Shown here: positions 1-12,112 of the stretch, piece by piece | How positions within the stretch are numbered: the first letter of the stretch is position 1 | Layout: every line of letters starts with the position of its first letter | Position numbers and translations under genes: made by a program | Assembly (NCBI RefSeq): GCF_035084215.1 | Contig: NC_090331.1 | Location: forward strand, 72,664,001 to 72,728,000 | Direction: 5' to 3' | Length of the DNA stretch: 64,000 nucleotides | From: Heptranchias perlo | Taxonomy: Eukaryota | Notes under the pieces: generated by a model | What the model was told of the DNA's origin: nothing | Seen by the model: the letters and a program-made list of their open reading frames with translations, nothing else | Databases searched by the model: none

Positions 1-371
1 CAAACGGGCAACTTTTTTACTCAGGGTAGTTTAGAAGCAGTACTGTCAGTTAAATCATTACATTTTTTAAATAAATCGTGGAAAAAACAAAATACTCAGG
101 ATGGCATTGACTTTGTGCACCTGATAAGTAAAAATAAAGAATACAGGAAGTGAAATTCGACATCCAGGTTTTTAATATAGTAAAATGTTAATGCACTATA
201 CACTCATGACTTAGCCAATTGTACATATTCTGCTGTGTATAAAATCCTAATAGACATTCTATGTATTAACACCAATAAGTAGTTCCTGAAAACATACGAA
301 CATACAAAAATGAAGGGTAGGAAAAGACCAGCAGGTATATCAAGGCTGCTCCACATGCATGATAGCTGGGA

Positions 372-499
372 TGTGGAGATGCCGGTGATGGACTGGGGTG
401 GACAAATGTAAGGAGTTTTACAACACCAGGTTATAGTCCAACAGCTTTATTTGAAATCACAAACTTTTGGAGGCTTCCTCCTTCGTTAGGTGAGTGAGT
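372..499 (-). mobile_element. Short Penelope-like terminal-repeat (pLTR) fragment with a decayed hammerhead motif
   Basis: Nearly identical to 33543-33664 and related to 23463-23552. Absent from the paralogous duplicated segment (empty site near 4070: gatggttgga|gcatcacaac). Minus strand 457-493 reads TCAC CTAACGA A GGAGG AAG CCTCC AAAA GT TT GTGA, i.e. the core is mutated. Confidence 0.75.
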
Positions 500-1466
500 G
501 CATCACAATTGACCTATCCAACTCCCCAAAGCCATGTTATCTCCTGCTATCTCCATCAATCCACTGTGAGACCACAACTTGCCCTTCACAGTGGAGAAGA
601 GCTCAGTGATCCAAACCTTCTCATTATTTTCACTGCCTGCTCTCTCAGGTTTCAGGGCTGGTCTCCCAGGCGATGTCGGAGCAGAGTGCACTTCAATCAA
701 ATCGACTCTCCATTAGAAGTGTCATTTTACTGACTGCAAGATAGCCAGGATTTCATTAAAAATCCTTCTCGCAGCCCATCCAATAAGTAATCCAGAAGTA
801 TTTTTGCTACTGAGGTTTGACTTGTACAATTGACTTATAGTGAGAACCATGAGCGTGTTTATAATTACAGCATCGAATCAGACGTGATTTTTGCCTTTCT
901 ACATCAGCAATATATCCACTTCTTCGCTGAAAGTAGTGAACATTGGAAGTGGATTTCACTATAATTTTGTTTTCTGATGTGATTTTCAATGTTTTTACTT
1001 TAAAAAGCAGTTACATTCCCTTGGAGTTGAGGACGAGAGTGAAGCTGGGCTAAATGCTGTGGATATTTTTACTTTAAAAGTGCCTGATTCTTATTCCAGG
1101 TTTTCTTTAGTCAACTGGGATGATATTGAAATGAGAACCTTGGATTTCATTCATGGGACAAGCAGCCCTCATTCATCGTGACTTACATTTTGATGCTCAC
1201 TTTCATGAAGTCCATGTATTGTATTGTTACTATCATGGACAACATTCATTCCTAAAGCTGCATTTACTGAATTGAAATCAATTCATTAGCTGAGATCAGA
1301 GGTAAAATATTCGGCATGAGACCCCAGCCTGAGATTTCCATCAGATTTCTATGTGATTTTGATCATCATCCAAAAATAAATGAACCAAGATGTTTGTTAA
1401 GTAGACGAGATTTTATTAATCTTAAGACTATTTCAGAGAGACAAAATGATGTTTTTTAAGAACAAT

Positions 1467-2431
1467 CTAGAAGTCCCTCATACGCCTGAAAGATCCGACA
1501 GTTGCGTTGGTGGCGCCCCAGTCACTGAATCTCCTGTATTCACCGGGTCTCATGAAGTACTGTCGGCCTCTGTAGTTGGGTTGTTCATAGAAGGTCCAGT
1601 AACCGTCCATCACATGGCAAGAGTGAATGTCACGGTAGCGGAAACGATCGTAGACAGATGGACAGTCATCCGTGAATTCCATCATCTGTCCTCCAAAGTC
1701 AGGCCTCTCGTAAATCTTCATTCTGTAGTTTCCACCTCGGTACTGTAGTAGAAAGAAAATAATATTAGCAAAGAAAGCTTAAATATATAGCTATAGATTT
1801 TCACTTTGGGCAGTGGCGGAAAACAATGGAAAGTAAAATCAGGCGGGGTGTATAATGTTTATCACCAGTGTACATATCATATAGAACATGGAATACTCTT
1901 TTTATAACTTAAGAACCTAACTGGCCTTCCTCTGTTCCAGAAATGAGGGCAGTTAAATGCAGCACATAAGAAGCCACAATAGACATGAAATTACCCATTT
2001 GACACCCACAGACTCAATGCTGAGCGTATTCATCATTCATTAAACCTCAATTACTACGGAACACAAAGGACAAAATAACAACTTACATATGGGTAGGTGC
2101 GACATGACCCGATGCTGTCATTGAATCCCATCCAGTGCTGGTAGTCAGGATATTCTCCACTGCTCAGAACATACTGGTATCCCATGTAATTGGGTCTCTC
2201 ATACAGCACCCACCAGTCACTCTCAACACGGATGGAGTTGCAGCGACTGAAGTAAGAGGACAGGTCAGCATAGTCAGTACTGCACTCGTAGTGCCGACCC
2301 TGGAAGTTCCTGTCCTCGTAAAAGATGATCTGTGGAAAGATATAGATTTGTAAGTTAATAATTTCTCAAACTAGGAGATTGAAGAATTACAATACAAAGA
2401 ATAAATTCTGAGTTCTCCTTACCTTTCCCAT
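1467..2431 (-). CDS. crygm: Gamma-crystallin (gammaM-type) gene 1, 3 exons, 175 aa
   Basis: Exon1 2423-2431 (ATG GGA AAG|GTAAG); exon2 2087-2329 (243 bp, [16 protein letters not shown]...SCRTYPY); exon3 1467-1742 (276 bp, [18 protein letters not shown]...GSFRRMRDF*). GT-AG introns, Greek-key motifs, AATAAA at about 1412-1417. Confidence 0.95.
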
Positions 2432-2490
2432 TTTGAGCTCACAGTTAGATTAGTAACTGACTGAATGTTTCATTGCTTCACACAGCTTGG

Positions 2491-2670
2491 TATTTATATG
2501 CTGGGCAGAAAGGCCACTCTGGGCTGTATCTTTGTTATTCTAATGATTCAGGATTGAAAATCAGCAAAAATCAACAAAACACATGTTGCATTCATTATAG
2601 AAAACACCTGAAAGATTCCTGATGTTTCATTTATTCTTTCCCCTTTGCCTTCCTGTCATTTTAATTGTTG
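2491..2670 (-). promoter_or_regulatory. Gene 1 proximal promoter: TATA box, Sox-like site, AT-flanked Maf half-site
   Basis: TATAAATA 2491-2498; CTTTGTT about 2530-2536; TTTTTGCTGA 2561-2570; CACCTG about 2605; TGTCATTTTAATTG about 2654. Most of these blocks recur at similar spacing in the paralogues. Confidence 0.7.
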
Positions 2671-5038
2671 TTTGAACAAAGCAGTTCTGGAACAATCTCA
2701 GATCCAAAGTCGCCCAGGTCTGTTTCAAATGGTTTGGTGTAGCCGCCTGGTTCTGCTCCCAAACTGGCCAAGATGAAGACAAACGTACAAAAGCATGTCG
2801 ATTCGGTCATTGCCTTGTACACATCTGATTGATGTATAATTGCGAGTGAGTTTAGTTTCCAGATTGCACCACTGCCCCCTCCCAAAAACCTTCAAACAAT
2901 GATATCACAGCCAGCACCAATCTGATGACATTATTGCCTTCATGTGCAGCCATATTGTAGGTGGTGTTTATTAACACAAATTACAGATCATACATTGTTT
3001 ATTTCGTTTAAACAGAGTCTCGGATAGAAACTTACTGTCTGCTTTTTTGTTTCAATGACCGGGACAACTAATAGGAATATTCAAATAAATAAGAGAACGA
3101 TGGAACGTTAAAATGTGGAAAACAACGACAAAGATTGAAAGTAGCTTTCAGCTGTCTTTGTCCAAGTGGCAAGTGTTAAGGGCCAGATAGGTGTCCTTAG
3201 AGATAACTTGGAAAAAAGATGTGAGTTCATTGTCATCTCCCTGAGATCTGTGCACTCTCCCAGGGATCACTGCTTTCCCAGAGATCACTGTAATTTCCCA
3301 CTGCCTTTTCCTGTTGATTGAGGAGTAATCCAGTTCTATTTTGAGCTCCCTCAAAACAGAACAACTTGGGTTGGGAACAAGACTGTGCAGAGGATTGTAG
3401 TGTGACAATTTGCCCCCGTCCTTTGCTGTATTTGATCCATAAATCTCGAAGCTTATATAAGGGGGTAAAGTAGACAAATGATTAAAAACAGATAAGAAAC
3501 ATTTATTATTGGTCATTGTTCAAGTCAGTGAGCTGAGGAAGGTCACTTCAATACAGAATATCAATTATGACTTTTAATAAAAATATGACTGAGGTTACAT
3601 TCCAACAAGGAACCAGTTGCAGAGTTGCGATTGATTTGGCAAATAGTGCAAATGTGCACCTTACCTGACTGAGTGCAATAACAGAACCTCCTGTGATTCG
3701 TAAATTTATATTTTATCAAACTAGCAACTTTTCTACTTGGGTTAATTTAGAAGCAGCACTGTCAGTTAAATCATTAAATTTTTTAACTAAATCGTGGAAT
3801 GAAAAAGTGCTAAGTGTGGAATTGACTTTTTGCACCTGATAAGTAAAAATAAAGAATACAGGAAGTGAAATTCGACATCTAGATTTTTAATATAATGTTA
3901 AGCCACTATACACTCATGACTTAGCCAATTGTACATATTCTGCTGTGTATAAAACCATGGTGAATGTTTTATCTTTTAATGGCAAAAATGGTTCCTGAAA
4001 ACATACGAACGTACAAAAATGTAGGGTAGGAAAAGGCCATCAGGGCTGCCCCACACGCATGATGGTTGGAGCATCACAACTGGACCTATCCTACCTCCCC
4101 AAAGCCATGTTACCTCCTGCGATCTCCGTCAATCCACAGTGAGACCACAACTTGCCCTTCACAGTGGAGAAGAGCTCAGTGATCCAAACCTTCTCATTAT
4201 TTTCACTGCCTGCTCTCTCAGGTTTCAGGGCTGATCTCCCAGGCGATGTCGGAGCAGAGTGCACTTCAATCAAATCGACTCTCCGTTGGAAGTGTCATTT
4301 TCCTGACTGCAAGATAGCCAGGATTTCGTTAAAAATCCTTCTCGCAGCCCATCCAATAAGTTCCCTGGAAGTATTTTTGCTACTGAGATTTGAGTTGTAC
4401 AATCGACTTACAGTGAGAACCACGAGCGTGTGTACAGTTACAGCATTGAATCAAACGTGAGTTTTGAATTTCTACAATAAGCAATATATCCACTTCTTCA
4501 CTGAATGTGGTGAACATTGGAAGTGGGTTTCACTATAATTTTGTTTTCTGATGTGATCTTCAATGTTTTTACTTTAAAAAGGAGTTACATTCTCTTGGAG
4601 TTGAGGACGAGAGTGAAGCTGGACTAAATGCTGTGGATATTTTTACTTTAAAAGTGCCTGATTCTTATTCCAGGTTTCCTTTAGTCAACTGAGATGATAT
4701 CGAAATGAGAACCTTGGATTTCATTCATGGGACAAGCAGCCCTCATTCATGACTTACATTTTGATGTTCACTTTCATGAAGTCCATGTATTGTATTGTTA
4801 CTATCATGGACAACATTCATTCTTAAATCTGCATTTACTAAATTGAAATCAATTCATGAGCTGAGATCAAAGAATAAAATACTCGGCACGAGAGCCCAAC
4901 CTGAGATTTCCATCAGATTTCTCTGTGATTTTCACCATTATCCAAATATAAATGAATCAAGATGTTTGTTAAGTAGAGGATATTTTATTAATCTTAAGAA
5001 AATTTCAGAGAGACAAAATCATGTTTTTCAAGAACAAT

Positions 5039-5980
5039 CTAGAAGTCCCTCATGCGCCTGAAAGATCCGATAGTTGAGCTGTTGCCGCCCCAGTCACTGA
5101 ATCTCCTGTATTCACCGGGTCTCATGAAGTACTGTCGGCCTCTGTAGTTGGGTTGTTCATAGAAGGTCCAGTAACCGTCCATCACATGGCAGGAGTGAAT
5201 GTCACGGTAGCGGAAACGATCGTAGACAGATGGACAGTCATCCATGAATTCCATCATCTGTCCTCCAAAGTCAGGCCTCTCGTAAATCCTCATTCTGTAA
5301 TTTCCACCTCGGTACTGTAATAGAAATAAGATCATATTAGAAAAAAAAGCTTAAATATATAGCTATAGATTTTGACAATGGAAAGTAAAATCAGGCGGGG
5401 TGTATAATGTTTATCACCAGTGTACATATCATATAGAACATGGAATACTCTTTTTATAACTTAAGAACCTAACTGGCCTTACTGCTGTTCCAGAAATGAG
5501 GGCAGTTAAATGCAGCACATAAGAAGCCACAATAGACATGAAATTACCCATTTGACACCCACAGACTCAATGCTGAGCGTATTCATCATTCATTAAACCT
5601 CAATTACTACGGAACACAAAGGACAAAATAACAACTTACATATGGGTAGGTGCGACATGACCCGATGCTGTCATTGAATCCCATCCAGTGCTGGTAGTCA
5701 GGATATTCTCCTCTGCTCAGAACATACTGATATCCCATGTAATTGGGTCTCTCATACAGCACCCACCAGTCACTCTCAACACGGATGGAGTTGCAACGGC
5801 TGAAGTAAGAGGACAGGTCAGCATAGTCAGTACTGCACTCGTAGTGCCGACCCTGGAAGTTCCTGTCCTCGTAAAAGATGATCTGAGAAGAGACATAAGT
5901 TCAATTACTAAATTGTCAAACTAAGAAATATTTAATGAAGAATTATAATGCAACGTATACAAAATCCTTACCTTTCCCAT
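5039..5980 (-). CDS. crygm: Gamma-crystallin (gammaM-type) gene 2, 3 exons, 175 aa
   Basis: Exon1 5972-5980 (MGK|GTAAG); exon2 5640-5882; exon3 5039-5314 (...[17 protein letters not shown]). Canonical splice sites. Confidence 0.95.
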
Positions 5981-6039
5981 TTTGAGTCGACAGTTAGCTT
6001 GGTGACTGACTAATCATAGCCCTGCTTCATACAGCTTTG

Positions 6040-6235
6040 TATTTATATGCTACTGTACTTTTGCCATTCTAATGATTCAGGACTGAAAATCAGCAAAAAA
6101 GCAACTAAACACGTGTCACATGCATTGAAAAGAATCACTTCAAATCACCTCTTTCCCTTTTGCCAACGTGTCATTTTAATTGTTGCATGAAAAAAAGAAT
6201 AAAGATTGAGATTGTTCTGTGCTTGCTATACTCTG
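6040..6235 (-). promoter_or_regulatory. Gene 2 proximal promoter
   Basis: TATAAATA 6040-6047; TTTTTTGCTGA about 6090-6100; TGTCATTTTAATTG about 6169-6182. Confidence 0.65.
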
Positions 6236-6414
6236 GTTCTGCTGAACTTTTGGAACAGTTTCAATTCCAAAAACATCCCGTTCTGTTTACAATGATGCAG
6301 TGTGATCACCTGCTAAACTGATCAAGGTGGGGGACAAAAATGTCCACCAACAATTGGCTGGGTTATACAATGGTGGACATCCAGAGTGGTATGACTATAA
6401 AAATGAATAAATCT

Positions 6415-6840
6415 AAGGATTTTGGAAATTGTATATCAGATTTTAGTGGGGAAATGCTGAAAAGCATTATACATGGTACTATTGATATCAATCTAAAGAA
6501 CACAGACAAAATCTGGAATAGTCAGCATGATTTTGGAAGCATATAAGCCATCCCTCAACCTGCTGAGTCCTGCAAGGATCTACTGTGGTCCCCTACTATT
6601 TACACTGGTTTTAAATGGCTTGAAGGAGAGTAGGGCTTTTAAAATTATAAGATTTGTTGATGACACTGAGCTTTATGACCACGTAACTAATATCAAAAAA
6701 GTATTCAAAAACCTCAGAACCAATTAGGAAAATGGCCCAAGAAAGGCTGACCAAAATTCTGGAATGCATTGCGACAGTAGATGACAGTTTGATAATGTCA
6801 AAGAAAGTTATTCTAACTTTGCTGAGACCCCATTTAAAAT
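6415..6840 (+). mobile_element. Highly decayed CR1 RT remnant
   Basis: Traces of CR1 ORF2 motifs (agtcagcatgatt, GPLLF, FVDDT, ctgagacccca) with many stops and indels. Confidence 0.4.
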
Positions 6841-6974
6841 ATTAGTGCCAATTTTAACTCGGTCTGCTGGGCGGAAATGGGGTGGTAGCGGCCCTAAAAT
6901 CGGAGTGCTGCACTTACAGTCCCGTTCCCGTTCCGATCCTGCCCGCCACCATTTTGCCCAGAGCTTTTACAAGG

Positions 6975-7346
6975 ACATAGAAACATAGAAAATAGAAAAT
7001 AGGAACAAGAGTAGGCCATTCGGCCCTTCGGGCCTGCTCCACCATTCAAAATGATCATGGCTGATCGTCTAACTCAGTACCCTGTTCCTGCTTTTTCCCC
7101 ATATCCCTTGATCCCTTTAGCATTAAGAAATATATCTATCTCCTTCTTGAATACATCTAATGATTTGGCCTCCACTGCCTTCTGTGGTAGAGAATTCCAC
7201 AGGTTCACCAACCACTGAGTGAAGAAATTTCTCCTCATCTCAGTTCTAAATGGCATACCCCGTATCCTGAGACTGTGACCCCTGGTTCTGGACTCCCCAG
7301 CCATCGGGAACATCCTCCCTGCATCTAGTCTGTCTAGTCCTGTTAA
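6975..7346 (-). mobile_element. CR1 LINE 3' fragment
   Basis: ORF 7074-7313 matches the CR1 ORF2 C-terminus (TRGHSLRI...RRNFFTQ...WNSLP); 3' UTR and (TTCTATGT)n-like tail. Confidence 0.9.
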
Positions 7347-7445
7347 ATTTAGGACGAACCAGGCACATCCCCCCGCCCCCCAAATCAGGCGGGAACCTTA
7401 TTAAAATATGCAAATTGAGGGCTTATGGCGTATATAGGACCCCAA

Positions 7446-7697
7446 TATGGATGTCAACCCTCGAGTCTCCAGGAATTAAAGATTAATCTCCAGGGCACTG
7501 CTGCGAGAAACCCAGGAGAAACCTAGGGGCATTAAAAAAATTACATTTTTAAAAAAATGTTCTGGGAACACGTTTGTTTTTGAATTATAAAAATATCAGA
7601 CATGTTGGGCGACCAATGGTGGGGGCAGGGTGATTGGAGGCAGGAGGTCATGTGATAACACCTCCAGGAATATGTCCAACCAGTGTTGGCAACCCTA
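7446..7697. mobile_element. hAT-type MITE
   Basis: Right end GTTGGCAACCCTA, degenerate left end TATGGATGTCAAC; flanked by 8-bp near-duplication gaccccaa (7438-7445) / gaccccta (7698-7705). Confidence 0.6.
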
Positions 7698-8714
7698 GAC
7701 CCCTATTGAAATTTCAAAGTACAAATTGGCAGAGCAGCACCATGCAAGCTGCACCCAATTATACCAGACGGTGAGCAGCGTAACCCATAGCCCTTACAGG
7801 GGCTGCTGGAGGCCACACATTAAACGGCTTGGGAAATAACTAATTTTTTTTTAGCAGGTCGACGAGCTCCAGTGGAGTACCCATTTGGCCCCTGCAGATC
7901 ATCAGTGGATTGGAAATGGAGCCGAGGCCTCTAAATGGCTCCAGTGTCTCTTAACAAGAACAGCCAGGACTCAAAATTGGCCCTATTTTGTGCAAACCTT
8001 CACAAAAAAATTAAAACACTGGAGCCAGTCCAGAGAAAATCACAAAAAGCGAATCCAGAATTTAGGGTTCGAAGTTATGAAGTGACTCTCACAAGTCCAA
8101 CCAACAGCTGCCACCTCTTAGTTTTAATCTTGGTCCTTATTTCATCTATTGGACTTTTGGGGCTTGATTTTACCACCCGCTATCGGGTGCGTTCTCGGTG
8201 GGGGGGCCCCGAAAATTGGGGAATCCCGGAGCGGGACTGGATCCCGTCTCGAACCTGCCCACTTCCGGGTTCCCCACGGACGCGCCGGCGTGCGCGCGCA
8301 GACCCCGCAGGTGGGAATCCCGCAGGCAATTAAAGCCAGCGGGATGCCACTTGTAAGTATTTATCTTGCTCGTTCAGGTCGTTTACAGGCCTGATTGAGC
8401 TGTTTTATTAGGAGGGGTGGGATTTTACACTGAACTGAGACTGTTTCCCATACTGGGGGAAACACTCCCAGTTCAAATGGACGTGTTGCAGCCAGCAGCC
8501 TGTGGCAGCTGGCAAGGTGCATTCCACAGGTGGGGGTGGGGGTGGTGGGGGGGGTGGGGGGTTGGGGGGTGGGGGGAGACCCTTCACCAACGCAGGAGGC
8601 CACTCCGTCACAAAGGGCAACGCTTGCCCTCCACCACCCTCCTCCTAGCAAGAAGATTCACCGCGAGGACACACTTACCTACCTTGCAGAACCCCTCAGA
8701 CCTACACCTTCCAG

Positions 8715-9923
8715 ATGGGGGCCGCCTTGACCTCCTCGGAGGACGAACAGCCTCAGCAGCCTCGCAGGCCACGCCGTCCGCCTCAGACACATGGAGCCCC
8801 ACAACACGGTGCTGTGGCACATCCACCTGCACAGCAGGAGGGAGGGCAACCGCAGAGAGAGATGCGTCGCAGGAGGCACTACCCTCGCCACAGGGTCCAC
8901 AGACCGAGGCTCAGCTTCCTGGACCTCTCTGAGGAGCAGTACACACGGAGACTCAGAGTCAGTCGCCAGGTAGTCGCCGACATCTTCAGCCTCCTTAATG
9001 ACGAGCTGCTCCAGGATGGACCAAGCAGCATCTTCTTACCCGTCGCCATCAAAGTCACCACTGCCCTCAACTTCTTCGCCTCCGGATCCTTCCAGGGTGC
9101 CACCGGGGACATCACCGGGGTCTGTCAGTCGTCTGCACACAAGTGCATAAGGCAGGTTACCGATGGGTTGTTCCACAGGGCCTCGCACTACATCAACTTC
9201 CCCATGGATGAGCGCAGCCAGATGGAGAGGGCGGTTGGATTCCATGCTGTGGCTGGCTTCCCACGGGTGCAGGGTGTAATCGATTGCACCCATATAGCAA
9301 TACGGGCACCTCCACATGAGCCAGGACTGTTCATCAACAGGAAGGGGCATCTCTCCATGAACGCCCAGCTCATCTGTGACCACCGCCAGAGATTCCTACA
9401 CGTGTGCGCCAGATACCCTGGCAGCTGCCACGATGCCTTCGTCCTCAGGGAGTCCACCGTCCCGCCCCTCTTCCAAGCTCCCAACACCGGCCACAGCTGG
9501 CTCCTCGGCGACAAGGGATATCCCCTGCACACGTGGCTTATGACACCTCTGAGGAACCCCACCACCGAGCCACAGCGTGGATATAATGACAGCCACATTG
9601 CTACCAGGTCTACAATTGAGCAGGCTATAGGGGTGCTCAAGATGCGCTTCAGGTGCCTTGATCGTTCTGGGGGAGCGCTCCAATACGCGCCACGCAGAGT
9701 GGGACGCATTATAGTTGTCTGTTGTGCCCTGCACAACATGGCACTACAGAGAGGGGTGCCGCTGGAGGAGGCCCCATGCACATCCGCCACCCATATTGAG
9801 GACGACGATGAGGAGGAGGAGGAGGAGGAGCAAGAGGAGGAGGAAGGACCCATGGGCCGAACACCGGCTCACCTGGATGCTCGTCAGGCCAGGGAGGCAC
9901 TCATATGTCAACGGTTCTCCTAA
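8715..9923 (+). CDS. Harbinger DDE transposase (HARBI1-like, DDE_Tnp_4), 402 aa, intact
   Basis: Motifs [47 protein letters not shown]; acidic tail; AATAAA about 10177. Confidence 0.93.
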   Translation: MGAALTSSEDEQPQQPRRPRRPPQTHGAPQHGAVAHPPAQQEGGQPQREMRRRRHYPRHRVHRPRLSFLDLSEEQYTRRLRVSRQVVADIFSLLNDELLQDGPSSIFLPVAIKVTTALNFFASGSFQGATGDITGVCQSSAHKCIRQVTDGLFHRASHYINFPMDERSQMERAVGFHAVAGFPRVQGVIDCTHIAIRAPPHEPGLFINRKGHLSMNAQLICDHRQRFLHVCARYPGSCHDAFVLRESTVPPLFQAPNTGHSWLLGDKGYPLHTWLMTPLRNPTTEPQRGYNDSHIATRSTIEQAIGVLKMRFRCLDRSGGALQYAPRRVGRIIVVCCALHNMALQRGVPLEEAPCTSATHIEDDDEEEEEEEQEEEEGPMGRTPAHLDARQAREALICQRFS

Positions 9924-10225
9924 CATCAGACTGTCTGAGGCATCCAGACCTCATTACCTGGACAGAGGAGCGGCCATACCTGCCCCCTCCACAGAAGAGT
10001 GGTGCGATTACTCCTGCACCCACTGTAGTGTGACCCAATGGGTGGGACCATGTGTTTGTCGTCATGATGAGCCCCACGAAAGGGACCTATTGCACAAGCT
10101 GCTCAAGAATGGACAAGAGGTGGCAGTAGTGGTGAGAACAATTGTGTTTATTGTGTATGTGGAGTAAACGAGTATAAATAAAAACATAACAAATTGTCAT
10201 ACACCCTGGTGCATTCCCTTTGTGT

Positions 10226-12065
10226 TCATAACACCCTAGCCTTACGTTTGCGGGAACCCCTACGTGGTGCTACCCCTGTGGCTCCAGCAGAGGTAGTGGC
10301 AGGTTGCTCTTGTTCGTGCCCTGACCTGGTAGATGCTTTGGGCCGACGCCCCCTGGGTTTCGGTGCCCGTGAGGGCACCTCCACAGACTGCTCCTCCTGC
10401 ACCTGTGCAGGGGCAGACTCGGCCACCTGGAGAGGAGGCACCATTGCGGGTACTGGTTGAGAGGGGAGCAACGGGTGAGACGTGGGGGCACTTTGAGTAG
10501 CGTCCCCACTTCCATGTCCCCGTTCACCATCTTCCCTCTCATGACCTAGGCCCACATCACTCCTTCCACCCTGCTGGACGGCAGTTTGGATGACCTGTGT
10601 GAGACCTTGCAAGGCCACCTCTAATGTATCTGTCAGCCTGTTTATGGTGGCAGAATGTTGCTCACCCTGAATCCGAACAGCCGTTGTCAGGGCCTGGGTG
10701 GACTCAATGTTGAGCTGTGCGTGACGCTCGAGGGAGGCTAGCCTTTCCTCCATCGCAGACATTCCCGCAACTACCCGCGACACTATCTCGCGGATACCCT
10801 CCTGTACTTGTGCCACCATTGCCTTCATGCAGGAGTTGGACTCCTCCATCACCTGCGCGATTGTGGAGAGTGCGCGTGGCACCTGCTCTCCAGCACCTCA
10901 GCAATGTGCTGGTGCCCCTCGACGACTCTCCTTTTGACTGGTGGCCCCCTGGGTTCAGCATCTGGATCCGGCTGAGCAGAGCCTGGAGAAGAGTGCTCCC
11001 ACCGACGCGGACCCTCCGCGGCTGCCCCTGCCACCAGGGTCTGCTCGTGCTCACATGTGCACGGTGACTCACCATGTGCAATCCCAACTAATTGAGGAGG
11101 GGGACCCACCGAGATGTGTGTATCTGCGCTGGTGGATGCATGGCTCATATGTGACGATGGACCCTCAGAGACCGGCATGTCCTCTGAGGAATCGCCCTCC
11201 ACAGACACGGCGCTCGCAGACGGCCCTGCAAGAGAACAAAGGGCAATATCAGGCATGTGGACAAATGTTGAGGTGCGGCAGATGCCAAGTGATGCTAAGA
11301 TCATTCGCGATCATGAGTGCTGAGTGTCAGCTTTCCGTTACCGGACGTTTCTGCAGACCCAGCCTCGCCATCCACCACGGACAGGCAATGCAGCATGTGG
11401 CTGATCTCCAAGGCGTCCAGCTCTGCGTGCGTTAGAACCACCTCGTGTGGCGGGCCCACTCCGGTGCGTGCCCTTTCCCAGGCGTTCTTGCATCTCTTCT
11501 CCTGTCAAGGCAAAACACAGATGCGTGATTGAGTGATGATTGCATTGTGAGACAATTCAAGCATTGGTGTGGGTGGGTTGAGCGTGTGGGAGATGGATGG
11601 GAGGATGCGTGTGCCACATGCCCATCCCATTGTATGGGGATTGGGGTGTGTGGTAGTGTTCGAATGGGGACAGGGGCGGTGAGTACGTGCAGGCACGGTG
11701 AGGATGATAGTTGAGTGGCTGTGAGGATTGATGCGAGAGCGTTGTGGTGGCAGTGCAGAAGGGGTTGTGTGGTGTTAGAGGTGATGTGGAAGACGGAGTG
11801 TGGGAGAATGCGTTAGTGTACTCACTTGGCCTGACCTAGTGAGATCATTGAATCTCTTGCGACACTGGATCCATGTTCTTGTGGTGTTGCCCCTGCTGCT
11901 AACCTCCACCGCCACCTCCGCCCATGCCTTCCTGGTGGCGGAGGCAGGGCACTTCCTTCCATCGCTGGGGAACAACGTCTCCCTCCTCCTCCTTACCCCG
12001 TCCAGCAGCAGCTGGAGTGAGTCGTCAGAAAATCGTGGGGCAGCCTTACCCCTGGGGTGCTCCAT
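10226..12065 (-). pseudogene. Harbinger Myb/SANT-like DNA-binding protein gene, 3 exons, frameshifted in exon 3
   Basis: Exon1 11826-12065 (APRFS...AWAEVA...WIQCRKRFNDL, donor GTGAGT); exon2 11342-11501 (EKRCKNAWERARTG); exon3 10226-11225 (acidic/coiled-coil region, basic RKRKAR end). An apparent extra AG at about 10886-10890 splits exon 3 into ORFs 10849-11304 and 10226-10882. Confidence 0.8.
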
Positions 12066-12112
12066 GGTGTGCTACTTCTTGTTTGCAGCAGGAGGAGCAT
12101 TGGTGGACTGCC

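Larger units (their letters stand above)
1..5885. repeat. Tandem segmental duplication of about 3.6-3.7 kb (about 1-2330 vs about 3717-5885) containing crystallin genes 1 and 2
   Basis: Collinear matches, e.g. 31 ttagaagcagtactgtcagttaaatcatta vs 3747 ttagaagcagcactgtcagttaaatcatta. ORFs 503-700 and 4091-4273 are paralogous, and intron 2 is near-identical between the copies. Confidence 0.9.
6845..7983. mobile_element. Old Harbinger-type MITE carrying nested insertions
   Basis: Ends GTGCCAATTTTAA (6845) and TCAAAATTGGCCC (7983) resemble the GGGCYNRATTTT termini of other elements here. TSD is not exact. Confidence 0.45.

Noticed and set aside
1446-2353. Plus-strand ORFs overlapping crystallin exons (also 5688-5924, 26771-27184, 36703-37074)
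   Set aside because: Antisense shadows of conserved crystallin exons; they recur only because the exons do.
8715-9923. Host domesticated gene HARBI1
   Set aside because: Flanked by TIRs and a TSD, paired with a Myb gene, and a decayed relative lies 3 kb away. This is a transposon copy, so no host gene symbol is given.
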